A stretch of 64,000 nt of DNA from Schmidtea polychroa (GCA_044892525.1 CM097887.1:50406001-50470000), one strand, 5' to 3'. Counted from the first letter of the stretch, positions 1-14,372 are shown. Notes: generated from the sequence alone by a model not told the origin. A program made the numbers and translations.

Positions 1-432
1 TTTTACTTCTCGTTCAGTTTGACACCACTTTTCGAAAAGAAAATCAAGAGATTGTAACTTTATGTACCCTAAAACCTCAAAAATAACTCTTGAATTATCA
101 GAGAAATATGATACTTTTCAAAAAATAAAGTGCAGATTAACTGGATTTAATGAAAAAAGTAAAATTCAAATGTGAGAATCATTGTAAATCATTGTCAAGT
201 TTTTGATAAGGGTTTGATATTATCAAATATATTATTGGGACTCATAATATCACACTTGATGATTATATTAAATTAATAAATAAATAGATTTCCAAAATAA
301 ATCTTTTATTTACTCAACAATAATAAGACTATATTACTATCTACAAACAAATATTGTCCTTGTTTACCAATTTACAATTTTAGACCATACAATTAGAGCA
401 CTTCAAATGTCACAGCTTTTAAAAATACATAA

Positions 433-2400
433 TTAATTCAATTTAATTGAATTTAGATACAGTATTATATTTGAGTGAAGCATAGATACAGGTACACTGA
501 GAAAGAACGGAGAGTAGAATAAAACAGGGAATCTCGAAACATTCATGTTTCGTTGATGTGCTAGGAAGTGTTGACTTTGCAAAGATTGACAGTTTTGCAG
601 CGGTCGTCTACGATGATAGTCATTGTGTTGTTTTCTTGATAAAATTTCAAGACCTTGTAGGGTTCGATAAAGCGTGACTTTAAGGAAGTTGTTCATTCTC
701 AATAGCCAGAATCATTTCGCACTGTGAAGGCCATTTGGAAAATGCACATGTAACCTGTCCTGAGACTTTTACCGAGTGTTGAGGCTTTAAAAATATTTTC
801 TTGCTGTTTTCAGATTTTCATGGTTTGGTTTGCGCATTTGATAAAAGAGATCGTTAACTAATGATATGTTTGACCCGTAAATAAGTTGTGCAGGAGATGC
901 ATTGTATCCAAGGTTGGGTAGTTTTCTCCACCACATAAGTATGAATAACAACTCAAAGGACCAGTCCTGATTTAATGATAGTTTGTGTAGCGAGTTTTTT
1001 AATGTCCTATAGAATATTTTTACCAAGTCATTTGTTTGCGGATGGAAAGTGGTATAGTGATCTTTGAGATCCCAAGGATTTCATAAGTTAATTTAATAGA
1101 TGAGACTCAAATTGCCTTCTCTGATCAGTTATAATTAACTTTTGGGGCACTAAAGCGGGCGACCCAGTTGTTTATCAAAAGTTCAACGATTGTCTCAGTG
1201 TTCGTTAAGCGCGTTGGGAAGGCCCATCTCGTATTCCGATCTATCATTATCAAAATGTAAGAGTACCTTGATGGTTCTAATACCCCTACAATATCGATAA
1301 GAGCAGCGTCGAAGTGACACCGGTTGGGTATTTGATGATTGGTGTGGTATCTTGTCTTTTTGACAATTAAAGCAGGATTTGCATCACAGATTGACGTATT
1401 TGCGCATGGAGAGTCAAACGATTTTTGTCCTTAATAACTCATAGGTTACTCGAACGCCACAGCGACTGACTTCATGAATAGCCTTGAATGCTAGAATATG
1501 ACATGGATAGCTTGTGACACCCGTTTCAAATAATATGTCATCGCTAAGAATTGGATTGTTTCTAATTTTTTTTCGATTTCTTTGATCTATCGGGTTATTG
1601 CGTACTGTATAGACGTCAAACAGTGGTTCGAATGAGTTGTCGCAGATTTTGTAAGAAACAGTCTGCTACTACGTTATTTGTCCCGGCAATGTACTCGATA
1701 TTTAGGTCGAATTCCGAGAGGTAGCTCATCGCCCTTTGTTGTTTTGTGATTGATTTTTCATGATAAGGCATTGGATCAAAGTCTTGTGCTTTGTGACGAC
1801 TGTAAATTTTCTGTCTAAGAGTAGTACAGCAAGGTGTGTACTACGAGAATTTCTCGATGGAAAATGGAATAGCGAGTTTGAACAGAACTTTACTTATGTG
1901 AGAAGAATTTTAGGGGTTCTGGTTTATGGTTTCTCAACTTGGTTAGAACTGTACCAATAATCATGTTAAACGCATCTGTTGTATGTTTAAAAGGTAATTT
2001 CGAATAAGGAAAATTAAGTGTGACAATGATATGCCGGCAAGTTTTAATTAGTCAAGCGGGTCTTGGCGCTCTTATGACCTTGAAACAAAATAGTATATGT
2101 GTGCTATTAGTAGCGAAGGCTTGAAAGTTCAGAGGAAGCTACATAGGGTAGCTACGGTTTCTGGTCTTGGGAATTTTTTTATTGCTTTCAATCTTGATTC
2201 GAGAAACCCTTTACAGCCCAGAGATATTTCATGGCATATTATGACTCATATACTGGTTTATGTACAAATCTGTATTATAGATGAGTTTATTCTAAGCAGA
2301 CACGTAGGTTTTATAGAATCCCGAAATAGCAATATCCAATGACAACCTAAATATTATAAGGTCTTTTGATGTTCACATCTTTCGTATAATTATGATATAT
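433..2400 (-). pseudogene. Degenerate Ty3/Gypsy pol remnant (RNase H + integrase), probably in an EFL1 intron
   Basis: Broken minus-strand frames give ...IAGTNNVVADC (RNase H end), HEVSRCG...CKSCFNCQKDK (integrase Zn domain), IDIVGVLEPS/IDRNTRW, ITDQRRQFES and LVKIFYRTLKNSL (integrase core). Many stops and frameshifts. Boundaries approximate. Confidence 0.8.
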
Positions 2401-2699
2401 CCCAATTTTCCAAAGATTTCTTAATCTGTTTTTAAGCGATTTGTTAACAGAAACATATAAAAGTTGAAGCAGTTTTGTTAACCCTTCCAGAATAACAGCA
2501 ATTGTTGAATTTTTTTATTAAGTGTCATTTAACTTAGTCGAATAAGTATCGACTTAGGATAGAATAATAATAATTTACTTCACATGCTTTTTAAAAGTAT
2601 CAATTAATGTTTCTTCTTAACCAAGAGTTACTTAATAAAAAGGAGAATTTTACTAAAAATATCTAGGTGCGGGCTATCTAATTGGAAAAAAAGGTTATT

Positions 2700-2890
2700 A
2701 TTATAAAGCTATGATTTCTTGGTAGCAGCATTAATTAAATGTTTAACAATTAAATGATAATTTAAGCCTTTTGCTGCGAGATTTATATTTAATATAATAA
2801 TAGAATTTTCAAATATAAAAATTCTTTCATATTATTAAATATATACCTCGCATCAAAAGGCTTAGATTATCATTTAATAGTTTAATATTA
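2700..2890. repeat. Dispersed AT-rich repeat, also present at about 55520-55785
   Basis: atgatttcttggtagcagcattaattaaatgtttaacaattaaatgataatttaagcc...gctgc near 2710-2775 is the near-exact reverse complement of 55709-55773. Internal sub-repeats (cgcagcaaaaggcttaaattatcattt) occur at both loci. Confidence 0.75.
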
Positions 2891-2893
2891 TTA

Positions 2894-3121
2894 CACTTAT
2901 ACCTCGCTATAAGGCTGCTCTTTATACGGCTTTTCGCTATAACGGCCTACTTTAATTACGGCACTTTTTCGATTTACGGCCTAAAATGTTTCGTTATACG
3001 GCGAAAAATCCTATTGAATTTATATGGAATTGTATCAAAATGTATTTGATTCGTTATGCGGCGTTTCGCATTGCGGCCAACTTTCCTGGAACGTATCTAG
3101 GCCGTAAAGCGAGGTATGAGT

Positions 3122-3122
<1 letters not shown>
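2894..3122. mobile_element. Tc1/mariner-type (pogo/Tigger-like) MITE
   Basis: 22-bp imperfect TIRs (CACTTATACCTCGCTATAAGGC and, reverse-complemented, CACTCATACCTCGCTTTACGGC) flanked by TA on both sides; 229 bp, no coding capacity. Confidence 0.85.

Positions 3123-3180
<58 letters not shown>
3123..3180. repeat. (TAT)n microsatellite
   Basis: Direct reading; starts at the MITE TA target site. Confidence 0.97.
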
Positions 3181-3183
<3 letters not shown>

Positions 3184-3198
3184 GAATTATAATTGTAG

Positions 3199-5788
3199 AC
3201 TGCCTTTGAATCAAAAGAATTGGATAAAATAACCCAAATGATGAAGAAATTAGATATTAATGTCGCGTTACGGAAAAATGTTAGAGAATCTTCATCTCAA
3301 ATTGAAAACATTCGTAATGTGTTCAGAACTTGGATGCCATTACCGACAGTTCTCCTCGACACACTTGTTGAGAAATGTCCTCATCCAAGGGAAGCAATCA
3401 CCGATAAGAAATTATCTCTTTTAGTTCCTAATGAACAGTTTGAATCGTCAAGAAACATCCTGAGAGAAGCATCAGTCGATAAGAATGCCCCAGCTGTCGC
3501 TTTCATTTCCAAGTTTATGTTCAAATCTCACACTAACACAGATATAATCGGTCTCGGTCGAATCTACAGTGGTCAAGTGATGAATGATTTGAAAATGTTT
3601 GCATTTACCCCAAGATTTAATCCATATAAAGTTTCCGAGCCGTTTTTATCTTCAACACCTGATGATTTCGATGAAGGTCCAATAGAAGTGTACTGTGACA
3701 GAGAAAAGAAGAGTTGCGATATTTTCGTAATACGATTGAAGGGTATATATCAACTGATGGGGCAAGATACCATTGAACTGAAAAATGGAGCCCATGCAGG
3801 TTACATTGTCGGGTTCACAGGATTGGAGTGTCAGCAAGTCTATAAAAGCGTAACTCTCGTTGGGAAATGTAAACTTGCCGATTGTTTGGGAATTTTTTCT
3901 CAGTGTGATTCGTTCATCGAAGAAGATTGTAACACGATCTGCGTTTCAGTTGAACCGAAAAAAGTCAACTATTTGAATGAATTACAAGATGCTTTGCGAT
4001 TATTGGAAAAATCAGATCCAATTGTTAAAGTGTCTATTGCTCAAACGGGAGAGTTGCTGGTTTTTGCGGCTGGAGAAATCCATTTACAGAAATGTCTAAA
4101 CGATCTGACAAACCGAATCGCACCACATATCGAGATTGATGTTTCTGCACCGATCGTGCCTTTCAGAGAAACGATTGTTCACCGTGCAATGTGTGACTTG
4201 GAATTGTTTAACAGTATAAAGGCTCTTTCGGAAGAAATGAAGCTATTGAAGACGAACGTGCTGGAATCGGATGAAACTCTTGTCAGTTCATTTAGTGACC
4301 AACCCGGTGTGAAAGAATCAATCATTGTTTACATCCGTTTAGCACAGAAGCCCGGAGTTAAACTTTGTTGTCGAATCAGTATTCACAGCTTACCGCCATC
4401 GCTTGTGGAATGGATAGAAAAGAATTCTCTAATACTTTCTTTACTCAATAACGCAATCAAATCGGAGCGAGAGTTATCGAAATCGGTATGTTTTTTATTT
4501 ATCTTTATATTTTCAGTAATATTTTTTATCCTTTTTATATTATATCTACTATTTTAATTTTTTACGTAATTTTTTATTTTATTTTATATTATTTAACAAA
4601 CATTTAAAAAAGGTTGTATTGAAACTTCGTTTTAAATTAAATATTATTGATTTGTCGTAAAAAGGGAAGAGAAAAGATTGAATAATTATAAATAAGTTGT
4701 TTCTCATAATTTTCAGATTGCCGAGCAGAAAGATCATTTGCTAAAATCTTTAAGGGTTGCACTAGAGATTGCTAGCAAAGAGGAGCGGGAAATGTGTGAG
4801 AATACAGATGTTATTCCATTGGACTATGCAACAATGATAGACCAGTTATGGGCGGTGGGCAACATGCAAACGACTCTCTGCAATATGCTTTTCTGCTATA
4901 TTGGTGGTGCTGCAGGTCTTTTTTCATCGAATTCCGATCTGGCTCATTGCCAACAGTTTGGCCCATTCGCACATTCCATTTCGAAAGGATTTCAAAAAGC
5001 ATTAAAGGCGGGTCCAATCTGTCAAGAAATGATGAAGAATGTCGCATTTATTGTTCACAACATCTGGGAGACAACAGATGACAGTGCTGTTGTATGCTCA
5101 GACTCTCAGGTTCCTAATAATCCAGTTCCGTTTCCGACGGATCAAATATACACCAATAACAATATCGATGCAGTCAATGGAAATGAAAATCTGAATAAAT
5201 TCCTCAATTTCTCATCTGTCATTTGCAATCCTGGTCAGATGACATTGGTTGTGATGAAGGCTTGCCAGATGTCCTTGATGTTCCATCCTGGTGCCAGACT
5301 AATGATTGCCATGTACAAGCTAGATTTGGAAGTAAGTTTTGTTATTGTTATTCAACTGATTTACTCATTGCTGCCAGGTTCGAATCAACACCTATAAAAA
5401 CCTCAGTTCCATCATCAATCAATTACACGGACAAATCGTGAAGCAGGAAGTTAATTTCGGCAATTTCATCGTAGAAGCAAGATTGCCAGTTATTGAATCG
5501 TTTGGATTCAGCGACAAAGTCCGAAAGAAGACCAGCGGTGAGGTGGGATTGCCTCAAATGAAAACGATTCTTTGGGAACCTCTGAATTGTCCGGCAATGC
5601 TCGATATGAATCTTTACAAGACGATCACTGATCGATCGGAAATCTGTGATATCAGCGGATTGTCAGCAGAACTCGTTACAAGGACCCAAAAGTATATCAA
5701 TTCAATCAGAACCAGAAAAGGAATCCAAGTCCGGCAACAATTAATTGAATCAGGTGATAAACAGAGAACTTTAAACAAGAAAAAATAA
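3199..5788 (+). CDS. EFL1: Elongation factor-like GTPase 1 (EFL1/Ria1), 3' exons 3199-4485, 4717-5331 and 5378-5788; the G-domain exons lie left of the window
   Basis: EF-2-family motifs GLGRIYSG, LRLLEKSDP, QTGELLVFAAGEIHLQKCLNDL, SAPIVPFRETIV, KAGPICQE and EARLPVIESFGFSDKVRKKTSG. GT-AG introns 4486-4716 and 5332-5377 join the three ORFs in frame. Confidence 0.9.
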
Positions 5789-5896
5789 TTTTTTATATGA
5801 AAATATATTTTTCGGTGCTTTTGAACGTTTTTTCTCATTTAATCATTATAATAATGTTATTTCACATTTCAGCATTGGATAACCTTATGATGACGT

Positions 5897-8800
5897 CAGT
5901 GGCGTACCAAGGATTTCTGGGGCCCTTGTGCAGATTTTGGGACGCACAAAATATTTGTCGAACGAAGTGATCCGAGGAACCAAACCATAGGCAGGCTTGG
6001 GGGAAGGTGATTAGCAACTCTCTGAGTAAATTTGCGCATTTTAAAACAGAAATAGTAGCGTTTCGGGTTGGGTTGAAAGGATATTGTGTTACTTCTCGGT
6101 ATTCTCTGTATATAGAATGGGCACATGCCAGGTACCATCATGATATAATGAACAATAATTGTTGTTATTGTCACTAATTTATTGAAACATAATTCTTAGA
6201 AAAAACTCAGATCATACGCTTATTTCATCACATGATAAAAAGAAAGAACAAATCAAACATATGTCCTAATTTAGTTGGACACGATTCAAGTTTAAGATTT
6301 GTCAAAGGCTAAAAATCCCAAAAGTTAAAATGGCCGTTTGCGCGCCTTCTCTTGAGCAAAAATATCGACCACTTTTGAAATGTCAAGCTTTCTTGCATGT
6401 TTGTTTTCTATCGATAACATCGCTAGGTCGGTTAATCGCCCTTCAGACATATACTTCTTAGATAGTTTTTTATGAGCTTTAATTTGGAAAATGATCGTTC
6501 GCAGTTTGCAACAGGCAAAGTCAACAGCAACATGTAAGCGGTGCAGACATCACTGAATGCAGATGATAAAGCATAATAATCCACAAGTAGCAGTTGGGCA
6601 ATTTCGAATATGGTTGGTTTGGTGGCTAAATTGGAATGAAAGCTTGCGCGAAATGACAACAGTTGAGCTGGAAACGAAGGCGAAATATCGGTATCGTATT
6701 CTTTAGCTAATAATTCGGCCGCTGTATGCAGTTCATTGTCGGAGGCAATCAATAATGTAGAGGGTAACAGAGCGCTAAACGTTGCAGCCAGCAAACTGAG
6801 GCTAAGAAATCGCAGTTTGATTTGTCTGCATGCTTTATCCACCGTAGCCAAAAATACGTTCAATCTGAAACGTTTCTCAATTGACGCAAGTGGATCGTCG
6901 TGGCATTGTTCATCATAAAGTCGTTTTGTATTTTTTAAACACCGGTCTTCGAAGTGATCTTTAATTTTCCAAGCTTTGGCCATACCAGCAGCAGTGTCGC
7001 GAATAGAATCGTACTCATTTCGCATGCGCGCTAATTTTTCATGTGATGTCTTGATCAGATCATTAGCCTTAGTCAGGTCGCACTGCGGAGATTTAAGTAA
7101 TTGTGAGGTGGCATGGGTTGCTTCCAAAATCTTATTCATCATTGCAAGAATAAAAACAAACTCAAAACATTCCATCTTCTTTTTGATCATGAGTGCATTT
7201 GCTACTTCATCATTCTTCTTGCTGGTCAGAATGATCCTTGTGAGGACTTTCAAAATATCACCAAAGCGAAATCGCATGACAACGAGACAGTCATATCTTG
7301 ATGACCATCTGGTAGGACACAATCTTTTCAGTGTAAGTTTCGAACCCGATTCGCATTCTAGTGACAACATAGACCACCGATGTATACTGTGACCAAAGAA
7401 AACGTAGATCTGTTCGAGAACACCAAAGAAATTCTTGACTTCAATAACGTCAGAAACAGCATCATTCAAAACAAGGTTTAAATTGTGAGCCGCGCAATGA
7501 ACATAAGCAGCTTTCGGCTGCTTCGCGACTATGCGCGCCTGAACTCCCGAATAAATACCACTCATAGTAGCCGCGCCGTCATAGCCTTGACCACGCAGTT
7601 TGGTGAGTTCCAAACCATTATCTGTAATACATTTATTTACAAGAGTGTCACACAGACCGCTAGCAGATGTATCATCGACCACCAAAAAACCCATAAATGA
7701 CTCACAAATTTTCAACTTCACCGGTTTGCCTGCTTGGTCTGTTTGAATACAGACGTAACGAATAACTTGACTAAGTTGGTCGATTTTACTGATATCTTGG
7801 GTAGTATCTACCATAATTGAGAAAAATGGCACAGCTTTTACGTTTTTAAGTATGTCCTCCTTGATGCATCGAGCTACCATGGTAATCACTTCATTCTGTA
7901 TGATGGGACTGAGATACTTCACAGTACCTTGGGGCATTCTCAACAATTTTTCAAGGATGGGATCATACCTTGCAAGTAGGTTGATAACAGACAAGAAATT
8001 ACCACAGTTTTCATTCCCGTTAGTTCCGACATCTTTTTCCCGGTGGTCTCTGAATGCCAAATTCGCCCGAGCCAGCATAAGCGTGACGTTTACTATTCTG
8101 TCAATAACTTGTCTCCAGTAGCTTGCTTCCTTCCTTATGACATCTTCAATTTCCGCTGTCAATGTTCTGTTCATGCGCCACTGTTCAAGAACCATGCAAC
8201 ATTGTATGTGGTCGACGGATTTTTCATGAATATCCAGCACATATGTCAGATGACCCCAGTCACGGAATCCTCTTACCCAAGACGCATCACGATTTTTCGA
8301 AAACACCCAACATGCGTGGCAATATACGCAGTCGCCACTAGGCGAATAAGCTAGAGTAGTGCGTTTCAGTTTTACGCCTGCTTTATTGATTTTATTGTAA
8401 AACGATTCGGAGAAGCATCGTCCTTTCTGGCCGAGATCTCGTGGAAACGGACCAAGAGGTTGACATGGACCAAAGGAAATTATCAGCCATGTCTGTTCAT
8501 TTGACAAATGCTCTCCGAAATTTGCTTTGTCAGTGAGATGTTTTAAAGCAGTTCGTGCCTCCACAAAAGTGTCAATGTTGCTCTGAGTAAAAGCTGAAGT
8601 AATTGAAGGGCCATATTTCTCATCGTCGGCGCTGTTTCCTAAATCTGGTGTCAATATTTGATCATCCGCCGTAGATTCCACAGTGTCATTCTGCTCAGTG
8701 GCGACATCTATAGCCACCGCCATCTCTGAGTTGGTCAAAGCTGAATTCGATTCAGTCACCATATCTGAAGTAGTCTTCGATATCGGTTTAATATCCACGG

Positions 8801-9403
8801 GCTTTAGAAATTCGTAAATTTTCGGCATTTTAGCGGCCTTCTGTTCTCGTTCCTCACGTGCTCGTCGCTTAGCAGCCTCACTTAAATATGACTTAGACAT
8901 AGTTAAGGGTGTGCAGCTAATGCAATTATATAATATCCAACTAATTATACAATTATTGTAAATTGATATACAATAAGCAATATTATTTTTATCCTTTTTA
9001 CCGCATAGTAAATATCAACAAAACCCTATGACCTCTGCCATGATGTCGTTATACCGCCATTTTGAATCGAGTAGGCAAGTAAATTGGATTTGACGTTTTA
9101 TTAATAAACAAGTCCTCATCACATAAAAAAAACCAACGTCAAGTAAAGCAAATAATTTAATAGATGAATGGGTGTACATATGTGGTTTACAACTATATCC
9201 AATATAGATTCCTAATAATATTAAATGTATAAACCGTCCAAACTGTGGTTGCTGTCTTAATAAAAATAAAACAAACGCCAAAGCGATGCTTGGTTTGATG
9301 ACAATCGGGGAATTTATAATGCTCGAACGTATAAATTTTACTAATTTTTCGTCCTGGGCCCTTGTGCCGTGCACAACCTGCACAACCTATTGCTACACCA
9401 CTG
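5897..9403 (-). mobile_element. hAT DNA transposon with a ZMYM1/DUF4371-type transposase
   Basis: Perfect 8-bp TSD GATGACGT (5889-5896 and 9404-9411); termini CAGTGGCGTA / CAGTGGTGTA (reverse complement); internal transposase. Confidence 0.95.
6325..8900 (-). pseudogene. hAT transposase with a single frameshift near the C-terminus
   Basis: 822-aa ORF with TTF Zn finger (CHACWVF), FFSIMVDTTQDISKIDQ, RGQGYDGAATM, CAAHNLNL, TRWSSRYD and CERSFSKLKLIK. A 1-nt loss near 6455 shifts off the normal tail MSEGRLTDLAMLSIE...FAQEKARKRPF* (stop 6325-6327). Confidence 0.9.
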
Positions 9404-10950
9404 GATGACGTGTTATTTTAAGAATTCATTTCAAGCAAGCTCTCAGACATTCCATTTTTAATATTTCTCTACAGTTGTTCAAGGAAATAAAAACTCTGTC
9501 ATTGAAAATTTTAAGGATGGGAGCATACGAGTCCTATGTTATGGATGGGTTACTTTTCGATCATGTTTTCCAGTTTTTTGGTCTGTGCAAAGCAAATAAC
9601 GCATGAAAAACAAATAAAGTGGAACGATACTTAATTAAGTCATCAGATTATATTTTGTTTATTGCAACATGTTGGAAATTGCAAAAGTTCTAGAATTATG
9701 TATTTTTACATGAAACAACCAAGGATTTTTAAATCACCAAACATGATTCTCACCTATAATAATACGAAAGAATAATGGTTTGGAATGCGGACATTATTAT
9801 AATAATAGATGGAGGTTGCTTTTAGAAACAGTTTTTGAATTCAGACAAGTATATATTCCAACATTTAAGTTGCGAAAAACTTTATTTGAACATTATAAAT
9901 ATAATTTGTGTTGATATATTTTTGTTTGGATTCTTAAATTTAAAATTTCCAAATAATTAAAATGAATATTGAAAATTCAAAACCGAAAAATCATCGAATT
10001 AAAATTTGAAAAACTGTTCAGATGTAAAGGAGGTGTTGCAAAAAATCATGGTGGACATGATTAATGGGGAAACGGGGAAAAGGTTACAGCAAGAATGACG
10101 TACAGTGGAACAATTAATTATTTCTTTCGAAGGAGAAAAGATGAAAAAGGCCGCGAGGCAAAGCTTGTCAAAGGGAGACGATCTAGTGAAATGCAATTAA
10201 TCAATGAGATTATTTTAACTATATAAGGAGGCTCAAGTTTAGAAACTATCGTCATTTTCCATCATGTAGGAACAAATAAATCGAAAGTAGGGCTAAAAAT
10301 GAAAAATAGAATTAGCGGAAAGGAAAATAAAAGAATCAAGTTAAGTTAAAGTAAATAAAAGAGGTGATTTTTGTTGCAGGACCAAAGCGGTTACAGTGGG
10401 ACTTATTGAATAGTCAGAATAGGCATTTCATTGCGATATTTGGAGTTTTGTAAATTGTAATTTATACAGATTTGATTACAAATATACGTTGAATGTTGTT
10501 TATCTAATTGTTACAGAAAACGTGAAGTCAGGAACACCGACGTTGATATTTATTTAATTAAAAACTCAACATTTTATTATAATACCCTTTCTTAATCAAT
10601 TATGTAAAGACGTTATATGTCTTGTTAATAATTTTATAACAATTTTTTTAATAATTTTTTCATTTTAGTGAATAAGAATAACATAATCCATTACACAGTG
10701 ACATGACAATTTTTATATACACAATCAGATGTATCCTTTGAAGAATCAAATTTATAAAACTGAAAAGTCTAATCAGCCTAGTAATTCAATTAATTTGGTA
10801 TTCCTGTGAATAAATAGTCAGCTGATATTTTCTAAAATTGGCTCATTTTTAGGTGAACCAACCACAAAATTCTACTATGACAAGAATGAAATACCATTCA
10901 AATAAGATGCCAACTGGTATCTTGTCAAACGAATTAAAGGATTCAAAATA

Positions 10951-11926
10951 CAGTCAACCCTCATTAATTATTAAAAAAATCATCTAAAGTTTTTTGTAGA
11001 GTTTTCTTTTGAATGAATTTCTCTAAATCATCTTTGACTTCTTTTAAATTTTTTATTGTATCATTGGTTAATTTTTGAGTAAAGTTGTTTGAGGAAGAAC
11101 TTGCTTTGATGACAATTTCAATTACATGGAATAAATTGCTTGGACTTATTTTGTAACTTTCATCGACCTGCCCATCTTCAGCATTAAGTACCACATCTAT
11201 AACATTGTATTATTATTGAAACAGTGCAATGATTTCATCATCATTAATGACTTCTTCTGTTTGAATCATATCCTCTTCAACCATTTTTTCTATGGGCTGA
11301 AATATCAACATCATTCATTGAAATTACTTCTCCATGAAGAACTTTCGATTTCAGATTAAAACAATTTTTGAATCTATAGAGCAATCCTTTGTTGAATTGC
11401 AGGTCATCAACATTTAGTTTTTGTCCAAATTCCGTTGCTTTTGTAATGATAATTTCATCAGTTACGTAACCATTTATCGCATCCATTCAAGATATATATT
11501 CGATCAATGAATTCTCAAGCAGGAAATGAATTTTCGAAGATTGTCTGGAGAAAGTGTTCGAGCTTTCACAATTTTCCTATCTCTCTTTATTTTTCAAAGT
11601 TTCTGATAACTTAGAAATTCCTGGGTCCAGGTTTAATTCTCTTCTGATAATTTGAAACAATTCACTCAGCGACATTTCCTTCGACTCCTTTATTTAAATA
11701 AATTAAAATGGTAAACAAGCTTAATATTTAAACAACATTTATCCGAAACTTTTAAGAATTAATAGAAATTTAATTTAAAAAAGAGCTTTCCGATTGGGGA
11801 TCATAAAGTTTCGGATTAATGAATCAAATTTGTCTGGAAACGTTCGAAAATTGACGAAATAAATAAAAAAATTTCGGATTATGAAGTTTTTGGATTATTG
11901 AAGTTCGGATTAATGAGGGTTGACTG
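10951..11926 (-). mobile_element. Internally deleted pogo/Tigger element
   Basis: 18-bp TIR CAGTCAACCCTCATTAAT at both ends with TA flanks. CENP-B HTH remnant (KATEFGQKL...FNKGLLYRFKNCFNLKSKVLHGE) and a typical C-terminus (QKTLDDFF); the DDE core is missing. Confidence 0.9.
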
Positions 11927-13218
11927 TAACTCCAAATGTAGCGATATTACCGGTTTGGATAATTATAAAAATAAAACCAGTAATTCATTTTTAATGTTGT
12001 CATGTTCTAGTTAACAATTTTTATAGTGAAGAAATATTTATTAAAAAGCTTGACTATGAATCAGTAAATATATCGATGTTTTTGAAATTCACATAGTCAA
12101 CTCATAGTTAAGTTTTTTAATAAATTCAATGTCAATTGAAAATGAATAAGTGGTGAAAATTGAAAAAAAGTTTTTATAATTGAAATATTCGTATTTAGAA
12201 CCTATGAATTTCAATTCTTCGAAGACAAGCGAGGACATGTTATGTATGTGCATGATTAGTTGATCAGAACTAAATTTCACTGACGTTGTAGAAAAGTAAT
12301 TTATGCCGTCTTTTATTTGTTCGATATGCTAGTGGAATTTATATCGTTATCATGTATTTTGTTTTTTGGACTGACTACTCTAGTGTATATGTTGTTTGTT
12401 ATTTTTGTTCAATTGAGAAAACGTCATTACGAAGGAAAGCAATTTATTTTGACGGTCACATCCGTAAAATTCCTCAATTGAATTTACCAGATAAAGCTGA
12501 TTGTCCAAATCACCCATGTCTTACTCAGGCTAGCATAGACCAAATAAACAAGGTTTAAATTATTTCTACATAATTTCATATACAAATTTTTGAGTATTTT
12601 CAAACTTTTTCTTCTAATTTTCAATATTTCGTTTTTTATATTTTCCTTTCCACTTCTGTGTCTTTCTTTTATACATTTTTTAATCTCTTGACACTTGTAG
12701 ATAATTGTATTGTTTTCCAGCATATTCCCTTAGGCATTCCTAATTTCCTTATTATCACTTGACACCTGTCGAGATATACTATTTTATCTTACTTTCTTCC
12801 TTTTTAATTTCTACGACTGCCCCAATAATCCGTTTGTTATCTCGGGCAAACTCTTAAGATAGAGTAATCCCGAATTATTTTTGATTTTTTTCTCTTCATT
12901 CGCATTTATTAATTAAAAACAACCCTTCGTATTTATTTGCTTAAATTTATCGACTCTTCTCAATTTTCATTTCTTACCCTTAATTTTTTTCTTTTTTAAG
13001 CCTTTTCCACCTGAAATCTGTTAAGAATAGTAAAAATAGTAAGAATAGTAACCTCTAAAATAAGAATGAGTCATTTGAAAGCCAGGTCAAAAAGTATTTA
13101 TTCCAACAACACTAAAAGGTTTGATAAATATTGTTTTCATATTTTAAGCAATTCATCATTATTTATTTATTCATAACATGTTACAATCATATATTGCTAA
13201 TTATAAATACATAGATGA

Positions 13219-13288
13219 AATATAATTAATAATATAATTAATAATATAATTAATAATATAATTAATAATATAATTAATAATTAATAAT
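13219..13288. repeat. 12-bp AT tandem repeat (AATATAATTAAT)n
   Basis: Direct reading, about 5-6 copies. Confidence 0.9.
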
Positions 13289-13679
13289 CACAGGCAAATA
13301 TAATTAAGTTTTATATTTAATGCCTAACAACTAATATGGTCGTAAGTATGAAAAAATTAAGTATGAAAAGTCATTATTGACAAGGACAATGTACACGAAC
13401 ACGTCTACTATATATCAGTGTGGAATTCATTATGAGATAAGAAGTCACAAAAATCGTCAGCAGAAAAATATATAAGTGAAAACCGAAATTAATACATTGA
13501 NNNNNNNNNNNNNNNNNNNNNNNNNNNNNNNNNNNNNNNNNNNNNNNNNNNNNNNNNNNNNNNNNNNNNNNNNNNNNNNNNNNNNNNNNNNNNNNNNNNN
13601 NNNNNNNNNNNNNNNNNNNNNNNNNNNNNNNNNNNNNNNNNNNNNNNNNNNNNNNNNNNNNNNNNNNNNNNNNNNNNNA

Positions 13680-14284
13680 TAATAATTCATAAAGAAATAA
13701 ATAAAATTACCTGGGGAAGATCGCCATGACAAACGGGACGATCTATAGAGACTCAGAAAAGAAAACGGAAGTGAAAAGAAATTAAAAATGAGAAAGAGAA
13801 AGGAAATAAAAGTTATCAAACAAAAAATCAAGGTCAGTACTAATTAATTAGTACAAAAAGGAAAAGGAATTTTGAAATCAGGGAAAAAGGAAAACAACAA
13901 TATCCTTATCTCGACAGCTTGCCAGTGATAATAGAATTGATGGGAGAAGGCGGTCAAACAAAAAAAGGGAAAGGGAAAAACAACTTGACAGCTGTCAGAG
14001 ATAAAAATGGGACAGTCGGGGAAAGCAGGAGAAGGAAAGTGGAAAGACATTTGATTATCTGGAGTGCCACAAGAGAAGCGAACTATATAAGAGAAAACTG
14101 GTGAACATGAAATAGGAACAAAAGAGAGAACAAATTTAGAAGGAAAATTAGAGACAAAGTGACGCGAAATTGAAAACGATTTGAGAGACGATTTGAGATA
14201 CGACTTGAGAGACGATTTGAGAATAAAATTATTGGAGAAAATTAGAGTAACATTAAATTTTATCACCAACTCAATAACCCAACA
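13680..14284 (+). mobile_element. Probable LTR remnant (left end lost in a gap)
   Basis: Purine-rich strand ending ...ACCCAACA, like the other LTR ends in this window; contains short GATTTGAGAGAC repeats. No TSD could be verified. Confidence 0.4.
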
Positions 14285-14289
14285 ATAAT

Positions 14290-14292
<3 letters not shown>

Positions 14293-14372
<80 letters not shown>
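14293..14372. repeat. (AAT)n microsatellite
   Basis: Direct reading. Confidence 0.97.

Noticed and set aside
9015-9383. 122-aa ORF in the hAT 5' region as a possible captured gene
   Set aside because: No recognisable motif; it starts inside the subterminal repeats, so a chance ORF is likely.
13476-13831. ORFs spanning N gaps here and at about 24, 25, 27, 35, 52.5 and 55.8 kb
   Set aside because: They are artefacts of translating through assembly gaps; only flanks matching Munc18 exons were kept.
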